A stretch of DNA of 38,197 nt from a bacterium (GTDB lineage Bacteria; Zhuqueibacterota; Zhuqueibacteria; JANLFK01; Oleimicrobiaceae), in assembly GCA_037445575.1 (NCBI GenBank), contig JBBIKH010000003.1, positions 1,094-39,290 on the forward strand. Reading direction: 5' to 3'. The position numbers and the translations under genes are program-made. The notes beneath the pieces were generated by a model. It was not told the DNA's origin, made no database searches, and saw only the letters and a program-made list of their open reading frames with translations. Positions 8,947-17,685 of the stretch are shown one piece after another (within the stretch, counting starts at the first letter, position 1; each line of letters opens with the position of its first letter).

Positions 8947-11388
8947 CTACCAGGAAAGCAGCTCCCCCAGGGTGGGAACCCTGCGTTTCCACCGGATCAG
9001 GTGCCACTGTTGGCCGTTGCTCCTCAGCACGGCGGCGCCTTGACGGTCGGTTCGCCAGAGGCGGGCGCCCTGTTTCGCAAGGCGCGCCAGTGCCTCGGGT
9101 GAGGGAAGACCGTGGGGATTCCATGCGCCCACGGAGATAACGGCCAGCTCTGGTGCCACCTCAGCCAGGAATGTCTCCCCCGAAGAAGTCCGGCTCCCAT
9201 GGTGCCCCACCTTCAGAACCTGGCTCCGCAATAGGGGGCCAAACCGCAATATCGCCTGCTCGGCCTCACTTTCTGCATCTCCCGTAAGCAGGAGGCGTGT
9301 CCTGCCGTAGACCAGAAGGAGCACGACCGAGGTGTTATTGAGCCCGTACGGGGGTGCCCCTTCTTGTCGGACGAATTGGGGCGGAGGGTGGAGCACAAAA
9401 AGCGCAGCTGGATCGAACCCAAGAAGTTCCTCACCCGCGTGCACCACTCGCCAGGGCACTGCTAAGCTGTCCGCCACGCGACACAGGGTAAGGTAGAGGG
9501 GCTCATCTTGGGTTTGGCCTGGTGCCAAGATCTCGCCCACCGGCAGGGAGCGCAAGAGGTGCGTGGCCCCGCCGTAGTGGTCATTGTGCGGGTGGGTAAT
9601 CACCAATGCGTCCAGCCGGCGCACGCCCCGATAACGAAGGAACGGCTCGACCACGTGCCTGCCAGCATCGTAGGTCGAATCGGCCGGCCCGGCGTCCAGC
9701 AGGAGGCATCGTCCGTTGGGAAAACGGACAAAGATGGCGTCGCCTTGGCCCACGTCCAGGACGGTTGCCTCCAACATGGCCCTTGGTCGAAACGCATCCC
9801 CCAGAAGCGCTGCGGTGGCCAGAAGTGAGACGAACACCAGGGTTCGCAGCCGCCAGCGTGCTTCCCTCAGATGAGGAGTGCACACCAGCAGGCCGTAGTA
9901 GGCCACCGCATGCAGCAGCCGCGGCCGCACATAGGAAACCGAGGCAAAGGGGAGATCTCCCATCCACTCCACGCCGCGGATGAGCGCCGTGAGCAGCAGC
10001 CAGTTGCTCGCCGCAAACAGTTTTGCCACTTGCCACGAGAGCAGGCTGGCGATCACGGTGGTGTAACCCAGGGCGACAATCATCCCGACGGTCGGCACTA
10101 CCAAGAGGTTCGCGACCAACGACACGATCGGCACGCGCCCGAAGTAGTAGGCGGTCAATGGCAGAGTGCCCAACTGCGCGGCGAGTGACACAGACAGCAG
10201 AGGCAACACAGAAGTCCCGAAGAGACTATCCCGCTCAACCGCCCTCATCAAGACCGGCGCCATCGAGCTTTGCACCAAGCGGTGCAGGGATACGATGGAT
10301 ACGACGGCTGCGAATGACAACTGACACCCCGCCTGGAAGAGTTCGAACGGATTGATGAGCAGCACCACCAGCCCGGCCACCGCGAGCGAATTGTACACAT
10401 TGCTCCGGCGATGCAGGGCTGCACTGCCCAACAGCACGGCCGCCATAATAGAGGCGCGCACCACTGGCGGCCGGGCCTCGGTGATCAGCACAAAGAGCAC
10501 CAGCACAGCGTAAGTGGCGGCGAGCCTCACTCCGGAGGGCATCCGCAGCACGCTACAGAGCGAGCTGACGATCAAAAGGACAAAACCCACATGCAGCCCG
10601 CTCACCGCCAGCACATGGACAACCCCCGTATTGGCGAACGCCTGGCGAAGCTCCGCAGGTATCTCTCCCCTTTCTCCGACGAGAAGACCCTTGAGAAAGG
10701 AGGCCTGCTCCCCTTGCAGCGAGCGGTCGATAGTGCGGGTTATGCGCTCCCGCAGCGGATACACCACCTTTGCAAGCAACCAGCAGCCGTGACTTCCTTC
10801 CACATAATGCACGCACTCCATGTCCCGACAGGAGATCGTGGCGTAAACGCCGCGCGCCCGCAAATACTCGCGGTGGTCGAATTCGCCAGGATTGCGCTGA
10901 TCGCGGGGCAGGCGCAAAAAGCCCTCAACCTGCAGGGAATCCCCGTAGCGGATCGGGCAACGGTCGGTTCGCACCGAAAGGAGCACCTTGCCGCGTACGT
11001 CCGCAGTCTGGGCAGGCAGCACCACCTGCCCGGCCCTGAGGGTCACAAGCGCACGGCCAGGGCGTTGATCGGGGGAGGTGATGGCAACCCCTCGGAGTAC
11101 CACCGGCACTTCCTGCTCAGCGTAGTGGACAATGTGCCTTGGGTCATGCGTTACCGCCGTTGCCAGGAGGTACCGGAGCGCCCCGGCCAAGGTCAGGCCG
11201 ACCAACAAGAGAAAAGTGGTGAGTGGGCGCCTCTGCCACAGCAGGGCAGCAATTGCTGCTCCCACTAAGAGAAAAGCCACAACCAGGAACGTCGCCTGAA
11301 AGGGGACGTGGCCCTCCAAGAGGTAGCGGCCGATTGCCACCCCGATGCAAAAAGAAATGCAGCAAGGCGCTGCCGGTTTTCCCCTCAT
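8947..11388 (-). CDS. comEC: DNA internalization competence protein ComEC/Rec2
   Basis: OB-like region with RNPGEFD, competence domain HVLAVSGLH, MBL domain LDVGQGD / THPHNDHYGG / KVGHHGS. Confidence 0.95.
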   Translation of the reverse strand: MRGKPAAPCCISFCIGVAIGRYLLEGHVPFQATFLVVAFLLVGAAIAALLWQRRPLTTFLLLVGLTLAGALRYLLATAVTHDPRHIVHYAEQEVPVVLRGVAITSPDQRPGRALVTLRAGQVVLPAQTADVRGKVLLSVRTDRCPIRYGDSLQVEGFLRLPRDQRNPGEFDHREYLRARGVYATISCRDMECVHYVEGSHGCWLLAKVVYPLRERITRTIDRSLQGEQASFLKGLLVGERGEIPAELRQAFANTGVVHVLAVSGLHVGFVLLIVSSLCSVLRMPSGVRLAATYAVLVLFVLITEARPPVVRASIMAAVLLGSAALHRRSNVYNSLAVAGLVVLLINPFELFQAGCQLSFAAVVSIVSLHRLVQSSMAPVLMRAVERDSLFGTSVLPLLSVSLAAQLGTLPLTAYYFGRVPIVSLVANLLVVPTVGMIVALGYTTVIASLLSWQVAKLFAASNWLLLTALIRGVEWMGDLPFASVSYVRPRLLHAVAYYGLLVCTPHLREARWRLRTLVFVSLLATAALLGDAFRPRAMLEATVLDVGQGDAIFVRFPNGRCLLLDAGPADSTYDAGRHVVEPFLRYRGVRRLDALVITHPHNDHYGGATHLLRSLPVGEILAPGQTQDEPLYLTLCRVADSLAVPWRVVHAGEELLGFDPAALFVLHPPPQFVRQEGAPPYGLNNTSVVLLLVYGRTRLLLTGDAESEAEQAILRFGPLLRSQVLKVGHHGSRTSSGETFLAEVAPELAVISVGAWNPHGLPSPEALARLAKQGARLWRTDRQGAAVLRSNGQQWHLIRWKRRVPTLGELLSW

Positions 11389-11439
11389 AGCGCCCCTCAG
11401 CGCCCGGTTCTTGTGCCTTTGACAAAAGACCTGCGGACG

Positions 11440-12081
11440 TCAAGCGCGCGCCCGCCACCGTTCCAGAAGCCACGAGTAGAGCGCGCGTACTTTTCTGCGC
11501 AAGGCCAGGAGCGAGCCTGTGTTCTCGATCACATAGTCTGCCAGCCGCATCTTCTCCTCCAACGGCATCTGGGCATTGATGCGCATCAGCGCCTCCTCCG
11601 CACTCAAGCCGTTCCGCCGGCGAATCCGCTTTATCCGCTCAGCCAAAGGTGCGTATACTACCACGAGCACGTCCATGTGGCTGACGAGCGTGGCCTCACC
11701 CAGTAAAGCCGCGTCGACCACCACAATCGGGTGGCCGGCGGCACGATAGGCGGAAACCTGTTGGTCGATGTGGGTGCGCATCAGCGGGTGAACGAGGTCA
11801 TTGAGGCGCTGGCGCGCCCTGGGGTCGGCAAAGACGATCGCTGCCAGGCGCTCCCTCAAGAGTTCACCGTTTGGCGCAAAGATCTCCCTGCCAAAGGCAT
11901 TCTCCAACGCTGCCCGCACCGTCGCGTCTGAGGTCACCTCGTGCCCCACAGCGTCCGCATCGATAACCGGCACCCCGAAGCGCGCGAGCAGGCGCGCCAC
12001 TGCGGATTTGCCGCTGCCAATGCCGCCGGTGAGCCCGACTACTAGGCCCGAGGCCCCATTCTTGTGCATCGCCTGCCCCAA
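11440..12081 (-). CDS. coaE: Dephospho-CoA kinase
   Basis: GLTGGIGSGKS P-loop, IDAD, LVHP, ADYVIEN. Alternative ATG at 12069. Confidence 0.95.
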   Translation of the reverse strand: MGQAMHKNGASGLVVGLTGGIGSGKSAVARLLARFGVPVIDADAVGHEVTSDATVRAALENAFGREIFAPNGELLRERLAAIVFADPRARQRLNDLVHPLMRTHIDQQVSAYRAAGHPIVVVDAALLGEATLVSHMDVLVVVYAPLAERIKRIRRRNGLSAEEALMRINAQMPLEEKMRLADYVIENTGSLLALRRKVRALYSWLLERWRARA

Positions 12082-12082
12082 C

Positions 12083-15000
12083 TCAACGCACCACCGCCAG
12101 CTTTCCTAGCACTTGTTCTCGGCCATTGGTGACCAAGTAGAGATACACCCCCGAGCCGACCAGCTGTCCATTGGCGTCCTTGCCGTCCCAAAACATGCCG
12201 CCATTGCCGTCCGTCTCCTCGAGCACGCGGATCACGCGCCCCTCAACGGTGGCGATGGAGATAGTGGCCTTCTCGGTCAGGTTGGCAAAGGTGACGCGAG
12301 CGGTGCCGCCCGTCAGGCGGAAGGGATTGGGGTAGGTGAAGACCCGCGACAGGTCAGTCTGGGCCAGACGCAGGGCCAGCCGGTCACCGCGGCCCGGGAC
12401 CAGGGCTGTGCCGTCCTGGGCACGGATGCCGGACACATAGACGATGTGGTGCTCGTTCTGACCTCCCAGCGGAGCAATATGCGCCACCTGGAGCATAACC
12501 TGCCGTGCATCCTCGGGGTCCAGACTACACCCCGTGATCCGCACTTCAGGCTCAATGCGATAGTTGCTCGCCAGCGAAGCCGTCGCCCTGTCAAGAGGCC
12601 GACTAAAGGTGAGCAGGACCTGGCGGAGGTCCTTCACGCACGCGGCTGTCAGGTAGGGCGGCTCAGGTGCATGTGTGAAGGAAAACCGCGCACTGTTGCG
12701 CATCGTGTCTATGGGCGTGCGGTCGCAGTCAAACACGTTCGTGACGCGGAGGGTAAGCGTGTCCGCGTCCGGAAGCGGCCGGGACAGAGTGAGGACCATC
12801 TCCTCTCCAGAGCGGTTGTAGAGTACGGAGTGGACCTCCCCTTCGTACGCCCAGATCGCATAGCGAGCCGGGTCCTTTGCCGACACGTCCATCGTCTCGC
12901 TGAAGCGCACGCGCACGACCGTCTCACTCAAAGCTTGCGCCTCCACCAGCCATGGGGGACGGTTAGGCCTGGTGGCTACGGGCTGTGAGGGGAGACTCTC
13001 CGGTGGGTGTCTGCTCGAGTCCACTGCGGTCACTGCCAGCCAGTACCATTGGTCCTGCTGCAACCCGCTCAGTAGGCAGGAGGTGCCCGTCGTCCAGAGG
13101 TATGGGATGAGGCTGTCGGGATGGCTGCCCAACAAGACCCAGTAGCCGTTTACCGGCTCGACGGAACTCCAGCTGACAGAGACCCGCGTCGTATCCAAGG
13201 GGAAGGCTTCAACGCTCTTTGGCCGTGGAGGTCGCCCCTGGGCGAGCAGGCACTGGTGCCCAATGGTGGCCACCCCGTCGTTGAAGTAGAGCTCCTTGAG
13301 CCCATCGCCGTCGGTATCAGCTACCACTGCCGCGTTGCTCCTATTTGGCCGGTAGTGCCAGACGGGGTGGTACTCCCTCGTCCCAGGGTCCCACTCTACC
13401 AGATAGAAATCGGGAAAGACGTTGAGGAAAATCTCGTCGCGGTGGTCACCGTCCACGTCCCCCGAGGAGACGCCTGCGTCAAAGTCCTTGGGCGAAGCAA
13501 AGCCGAAGAAGCGCCACTCCGCCTGGGGGAAGTACGCGTTATCACCGGCGGCCTTGTAGACCCGATAGAGCCAATGGCGTGCATCATACTCGTGTTCGGC
13601 ATCAAGGCTGGGGTCGGAGTGACAGCCGACGACGAACTCGGGTTGCCCGTCGCCGTCATAGTCCCCGCTGCTCAGAAAGTCGATCGCATCGATGAGCGGC
13701 AGATGTTGCACCCAAGTTGCGCGGAAGTGGCCGTTATGGGCCTGCTCGTAAATGTAGACATCCCCGTCATAATCGCCGATGAGGATCTCTTTCAGGCCGT
13801 CTCCATCAAAGTCGGCCACCTCCACATGCGGCACGCCCGTGATGTTGCTACCGGCGGTGGGATTGGGCAAAGAGTCCCAGAAGGCGAATGCGTTGCCGGG
13901 GAGGGAGCGCCACACGTGGAATGTGGCATCCACCCGCAGGATGAGGTCATCCCTGCCGTCGCTGTCGAGATCGACCAGACGTGCTCCCCATGCATTGTTC
14001 GCATTGCGCCATACCGGCTGAAAGTGCAACGCGCGCGACCCCGTCTGCTCAAAGAGCACGGAGGTCCCGCCATAGCCGGCGAGGATCTCCACCAGGCCGT
14101 CGCCATCCGAATCCCCGAGGTCGCGGGGGATAGCGGGCTCCTGGCTCTCCCACGCCGCTGAGAATCCGCCCTCGGTGCGGCGCCATACCACCAACGGCCC
14201 GAACGAAAAGCCATTAGTGTACCGGCAGCCGATCAGCTCCTCCTTTCCGTCGCCGTCAAAGTCGTAAGCCTTTGACAACAGGTAGGCTGAAGGAAGAGAG
14301 ACCGGCAGGAAGACCATGTCCACCGTCGACACAGGAGTGGCGGCCAGCGCGAAGGGGTAGAGGGTGCCGGCGTTGTCGTCGACGGAGGTGAGGCCCGCCC
14401 GGTTGGTAACGGCTATGCGAAAGCCCGTATACCCGGCCGCCAGTCTGGGAGTCACCAGGAGCCGGTGCTGCGTTGTCTGGTAAGCGAGGCGTATCTCCTG
14501 CCACATCCCCTCCGTGGCCAGGCACTGCAACCGTGCGTCACAAAGGTCATCTGTAGCGAACGACAGGAGCGTGGCGAAATAGCCCTCCTCGATCATCGGT
14601 GTCTGGACCACGTTGGTGATGCGAGGTGGGGTGCGGTCCACAAATACCCGCACCGATTGCGCCACCACGGCCCCGTCGGCATTTTCCACCGAAAGGCGTA
14701 ACGTGTACTGCGTGTCCGGCAGGGCGGCGACGTCCCACAACCCGAGGGTGTCGTCGATCACCTGACGATTCTGCACCCTGACGAGAGTCCGCCACGAAGT
14801 GGGGTCCACACCTGCGCCGTAGGCGAGCTCATAGGCGCGCATGAACACACCAGCGGCAGTGCCTATGACTGGGACGCTGCCGCTCGGAAGCCCTTGGTCC
14901 AAGCGAGGCCATGTGATGCGCACAACGGTAAAGTTGGGACTGCGCAGGGCGGTGGCAGCATTGATCCGACCTGCGCCGTAATAGCGGTCCCACCCTGCAC

Positions 15001-16306
15001 TTCCCAGGTCGTCTGCGGTTGCCAGAACAACGCCGCGCACGTTGTCAGCGCGGTAGTCAAGATGCTGACTGATGACCAGGGCTGCGACGGCGCTGACAAA
15101 CGGTGCTGCAGCCGAGGTGCCACTGAAGGTCGTGTAGCCATTGCCCATGTACGTGGTCAAAACATTGGCGCCAGGCGCGACGAGGTCAACGGTGGGGCCG
15201 TAGTTGGAAAATCCGGCCAGGTAGTCGGTGGAGTCGGTGGCGCCTACCGCCAACACTTCATCAAAGCCCGAGGGGTAGTGCACGTCGGGACTGGCACTGT
15301 TGCCGGCAGAGGCCACCAGCACCACCCCGCAGGCGTGTGCGTAGGCGACTGCGTCGCGGAGCAGAGGGGTGCAGACGACATCGCCGAAGCTCATGTTCAC
15401 CACGTGCGCACCGTTGTCGGCGGCGTAGGCCAAGGCCGATGCTACATCATCCTCCTCCAGCAATCCGCCGCTGGTGCCGGCGCGAAGGTTCATTATCAGG
15501 CAGCCGTAAGCCAGGCCGGCGATGCCCACCCCATTGTCGGCCACCGCGGCGATGATCCCTGCCACGCAGGTGCCGTGCCCGTGCTCGTCCATGGGGTCGT
15601 TGTCTCGATCGAGGTAGTCCCCGCCATCGGGGAAGTACGGAGCGTCGGTAAAGTCCCAGCCCTGCACGTCGTCCACAAAGCCGTTGTCGTCATCGTCTAC
15701 GCCGTTAAAGTCGGTGGAATCCACCTTGCCATTTGCGTTGAGGTCTTCTCCTGGGTTGACCCAGATGTTGCCAGCAAGGTCCTCATGGGCGTAATCGATG
15801 CCGGTGTCGATGACGCCCACCACCACATCGCGGGAGCCGTGGTTCACATCCCAGGCCGCGCCCACCTGGACCCGATGCAACGCCCACTGCGTCGGAAGGA
15901 GAGGATCGTTCGGCAGGTAATGGAGAGTGAACGCGCGGTTGACCTGCACGTACTCCACGTCGGGGTCAGCAGCCAGGGTGGCGACGAATTCGGCGGCGCG
16001 GTCAGCAGGCAGACGCAGCTGATAGATGCGGTCCAGGCCGATCCTGCGGCGCAGTTCTGCGTGCTGGGTCGCGCCGGAGCGGACGAAGGTGGCTTGCAGC
16101 TGGTGCACGCTAAATGCTGCGCAGAGCTCATCCAGAGATGAGAGCCCTGTGTGCACTTCGCCTGTAGCGGTCTTGCCCAGGGCCCGTAGGGGCTGGCGGG
16201 TCTTGACAATGATCTCCTGCAGGTGCTCACCTTGGCCAAATGCGGCCAGCGGTCCGGCGAGGGCAAATGCACAGAGCACAGCGCATGAATGGGCCAACTT
16301 CCTCAT
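12083..16306 (-). CDS. Secreted S8 (subtilisin-like) serine peptidase with FG-GAP/VCBS repeats, FN3/Ig-like domains and a C-terminal FlgD-Ig/CTD-like domain
   Basis: Signal peptide; triad VIDTG / HGTCVAG / GTSAAAP; repeated DxDGDGxxE motifs; C-terminus YPNPF...WDGKDANGQLVGSGVYLY. Confidence 0.92.
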   Translation of the reverse strand: MRKLAHSCAVLCAFALAGPLAAFGQGEHLQEIIVKTRQPLRALGKTATGEVHTGLSSLDELCAAFSVHQLQATFVRSGATQHAELRRRIGLDRIYQLRLPADRAAEFVATLAADPDVEYVQVNRAFTLHYLPNDPLLPTQWALHRVQVGAAWDVNHGSRDVVVGVIDTGIDYAHEDLAGNIWVNPGEDLNANGKVDSTDFNGVDDDDNGFVDDVQGWDFTDAPYFPDGGDYLDRDNDPMDEHGHGTCVAGIIAAVADNGVGIAGLAYGCLIMNLRAGTSGGLLEEDDVASALAYAADNGAHVVNMSFGDVVCTPLLRDAVAYAHACGVVLVASAGNSASPDVHYPSGFDEVLAVGATDSTDYLAGFSNYGPTVDLVAPGANVLTTYMGNGYTTFSGTSAAAPFVSAVAALVISQHLDYRADNVRGVVLATADDLGSAGWDRYYGAGRINAATALRSPNFTVVRITWPRLDQGLPSGSVPVIGTAAGVFMRAYELAYGAGVDPTSWRTLVRVQNRQVIDDTLGLWDVAALPDTQYTLRLSVENADGAVVAQSVRVFVDRTPPRITNVVQTPMIEEGYFATLLSFATDDLCDARLQCLATEGMWQEIRLAYQTTQHRLLVTPRLAAGYTGFRIAVTNRAGLTSVDDNAGTLYPFALAATPVSTVDMVFLPVSLPSAYLLSKAYDFDGDGKEELIGCRYTNGFSFGPLVVWRRTEGGFSAAWESQEPAIPRDLGDSDGDGLVEILAGYGGTSVLFEQTGSRALHFQPVWRNANNAWGARLVDLDSDGRDDLILRVDATFHVWRSLPGNAFAFWDSLPNPTAGSNITGVPHVEVADFDGDGLKEILIGDYDGDVYIYEQAHNGHFRATWVQHLPLIDAIDFLSSGDYDGDGQPEFVVGCHSDPSLDAEHEYDARHWLYRVYKAAGDNAYFPQAEWRFFGFASPKDFDAGVSSGDVDGDHRDEIFLNVFPDFYLVEWDPGTREYHPVWHYRPNRSNAAVVADTDGDGLKELYFNDGVATIGHQCLLAQGRPPRPKSVEAFPLDTTRVSVSWSSVEPVNGYWVLLGSHPDSLIPYLWTTGTSCLLSGLQQDQWYWLAVTAVDSSRHPPESLPSQPVATRPNRPPWLVEAQALSETVVRVRFSETMDVSAKDPARYAIWAYEGEVHSVLYNRSGEEMVLTLSRPLPDADTLTLRVTNVFDCDRTPIDTMRNSARFSFTHAPEPPYLTAACVKDLRQVLLTFSRPLDRATASLASNYRIEPEVRITGCSLDPEDARQVMLQVAHIAPLGGQNEHHIVYVSGIRAQDGTALVPGRGDRLALRLAQTDLSRVFTYPNPFRLTGGTARVTFANLTEKATISIATVEGRVIRVLEETDGNGGMFWDGKDANGQLVGSGVYLYLVTNGREQVLGKLAVVR

Positions 16307-16309
16307 TCC

Positions 16310-17212
16310 CTACCCTTCCCTCTGTTGTCTGCTGCCGGTGCAGTTGGCCCACGCCAGGCGTGGCCAGAGGCTTGCGAGCAGCAGCCACGTGGTGCATGCG
16401 CCAAATAGGGAGCAGCGTGCCGTATATTTCTGGAAATACCTGGCAAAGTCCTTGTGCGAGGCGATGAGCGCTGGTGCACGGTGCGCATACACGCTTGCCC
16501 CCTTGTGGTGGACAGCGTACACCTCCGGCACGAATACGACCCGCCACCCCTTATCCCAGAAGCGGCGGCACCAATCCACATCGCTGAAAAACATGACGAA
16601 CCGCTCATCCAGCAGGCCCACCGAGCGGACCGCCTCTCGGCGCGCCAGGAGAAACGCTCCCTGGGGCTGATCAACATCCCGTCGCGTCAGATGGTCGAAA
16701 TCGCCCATCTTCCAGCCGTTGAACAGGGGACTCCTGGCGAAAAGCCGCGAGAGGCCGGTCATTTCGAAGCACAGGTAACGGCGCCTTGGAAAACGCCGGC
16801 AAGAGGGTTGCACTTGCCCATCGGGGAAACGCAACTGCGGTGCCACTATGCCCACCGATGGCTCACACTCCAGAAAACGCACCAGATAGCGAATCGTCTC
16901 ACGAGGCACCTGCACGTCTGGATTCAGCAGGAGCACGTAGCCGCCGGACCCCCGCACAAGCCCTTGGTTTGTGGCGCGGGTAAAACCCAAGTTCCGCTGG
17001 TTGCGCAACAGATGCACCGGCATGGGAGCTGTCGCTCCAATCTCCTCCACGATGGCGCAGGTGTCGTCCGCTGAGCCGTTGTCAATCACCCACACCTCTG
17101 CGTGCATGCCATCGAGAGCGGTCAGCAAAGAGGACAGGCAGGTGCGAATGTATCGCTCACTGTTGTAGGTGACCACAATGGCCGAGATGCCGCCTGAGGC
17201 CAGGCCTTCCAC
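16310..17212 (-). CDS. Glycosyltransferase family 2 (WbbL/rhamnosyltransferase-like)
   Basis: AIVVTYNS, IDNGSAD, NLGF, LLLNPD, LDERFVMFFSDVDWC. GTG start near 17212 is more plausible than 17491. Confidence 0.88.
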   Translation of the reverse strand: MEGLASGGISAIVVTYNSERYIRTCLSSLLTALDGMHAEVWVIDNGSADDTCAIVEEIGATAPMPVHLLRNQRNLGFTRATNQGLVRGSGGYVLLLNPDVQVPRETIRYLVRFLECEPSVGIVAPQLRFPDGQVQPSCRRFPRRRYLCFEMTGLSRLFARSPLFNGWKMGDFDHLTRRDVDQPQGAFLLARREAVRSVGLLDERFVMFFSDVDWCRRFWDKGWRVVFVPEVYAVHHKGASVYAHRAPALIASHKDFARYFQKYTARCSLFGACTTWLLLASLWPRLAWANCTGSRQQREG

Positions 17213-17267
17213 GTTTCGCCTCGTGCTAGTTCTGCGCCATCGCCTGCGCAAGAGCTGAGTCGACGAG

Positions 17268-17296
17268 AAGGTAGCAAAACCGCAAAAAAATAGCAA
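17268..17296 (-). promoter_or_regulatory. Putative sigma70 promoter for the GT2-S8-coaE-comEC-pyk cluster
   Basis: Minus strand TTGCTA-17 bp-TACCTT with TG just upstream of the -10. Confidence 0.45.
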
Positions 17297-17357
17297 CCGC
17301 TTTCTCTCCCTCCGGGCGGTGCCCTCCAGGGCCGGCCACGAGAACGCAACTTTATCC

Positions 17358-17386
17358 TTGACGCCTGGAGGCGAATTGGCTATATT
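17358..17386 (+). promoter_or_regulatory. Putative sigma70 promoter
   Basis: TTGACG-17 bp-TATATT, about 300 nt upstream of the GH15-like start. Confidence 0.6.
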
Positions 17387-17418
17387 AGGACGCCGCATGC
17401 TGTCCAGGGAAATGAGGA

Positions 17419-17567
17419 CGCTAGCGCGGGGGGATACTCGGCACCGGCGGCCCAGGTTCGCAGGGACGGGAGAGGCTGCCCGCCAGCCCACCTCTTGCGT
17501 CCGGTAAGCAAAGCAGAGGCTCCGCTGGGCCTGCCTTGCTGGCCGGATACTTCCCCGTCTGCTGGCG
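17419..17567 (+). ncRNA. Candidate structured RNA (about 150-nt rod with central bubble; family unassigned)
   Basis: Pairings seen by eye: CGCTAGC/GCTGGCG, GGGGGGATACTCGGC/GCCGGATACTTCCCC, GGCCCAG/CTGGGCC, apical GGACG..GAGAGG/CCTCTT..CGTCC; lies directly behind a promoter. Confidence 0.35.
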
Positions 17568-17685
17568 CCGGCTCTACCCGCAGAGGCGCTCCTTGATTCT
17601 GAGGTGCGTGCTCCTTACCCTTCTGGGGTGAGCAAGCGACCGGCAGCTGGGTTGGGTTTGACGGAAATGTGCGGAAGGAGTGGAG

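Noticed and set aside
13400-14270. Recurring GTCGCCGTC-like nucleotide repeats
   Set aside because: They encode the DxDGDG FG-GAP repeats of the S8 protease and are not a CRISPR or DNA repeat array.
14894-16141. Long antisense ORFs (for example 415 aa here, and 4284-5408, 5312-6355)
   Set aside because: These are shadow frames opposite well-supported genes, expected in GC-rich DNA, with no motifs.
17213-17491. N-terminal extension of the GT2 ORF
   Set aside because: It spans divergent promoters and has no protein-like character. GT2 homology starts near 17212.
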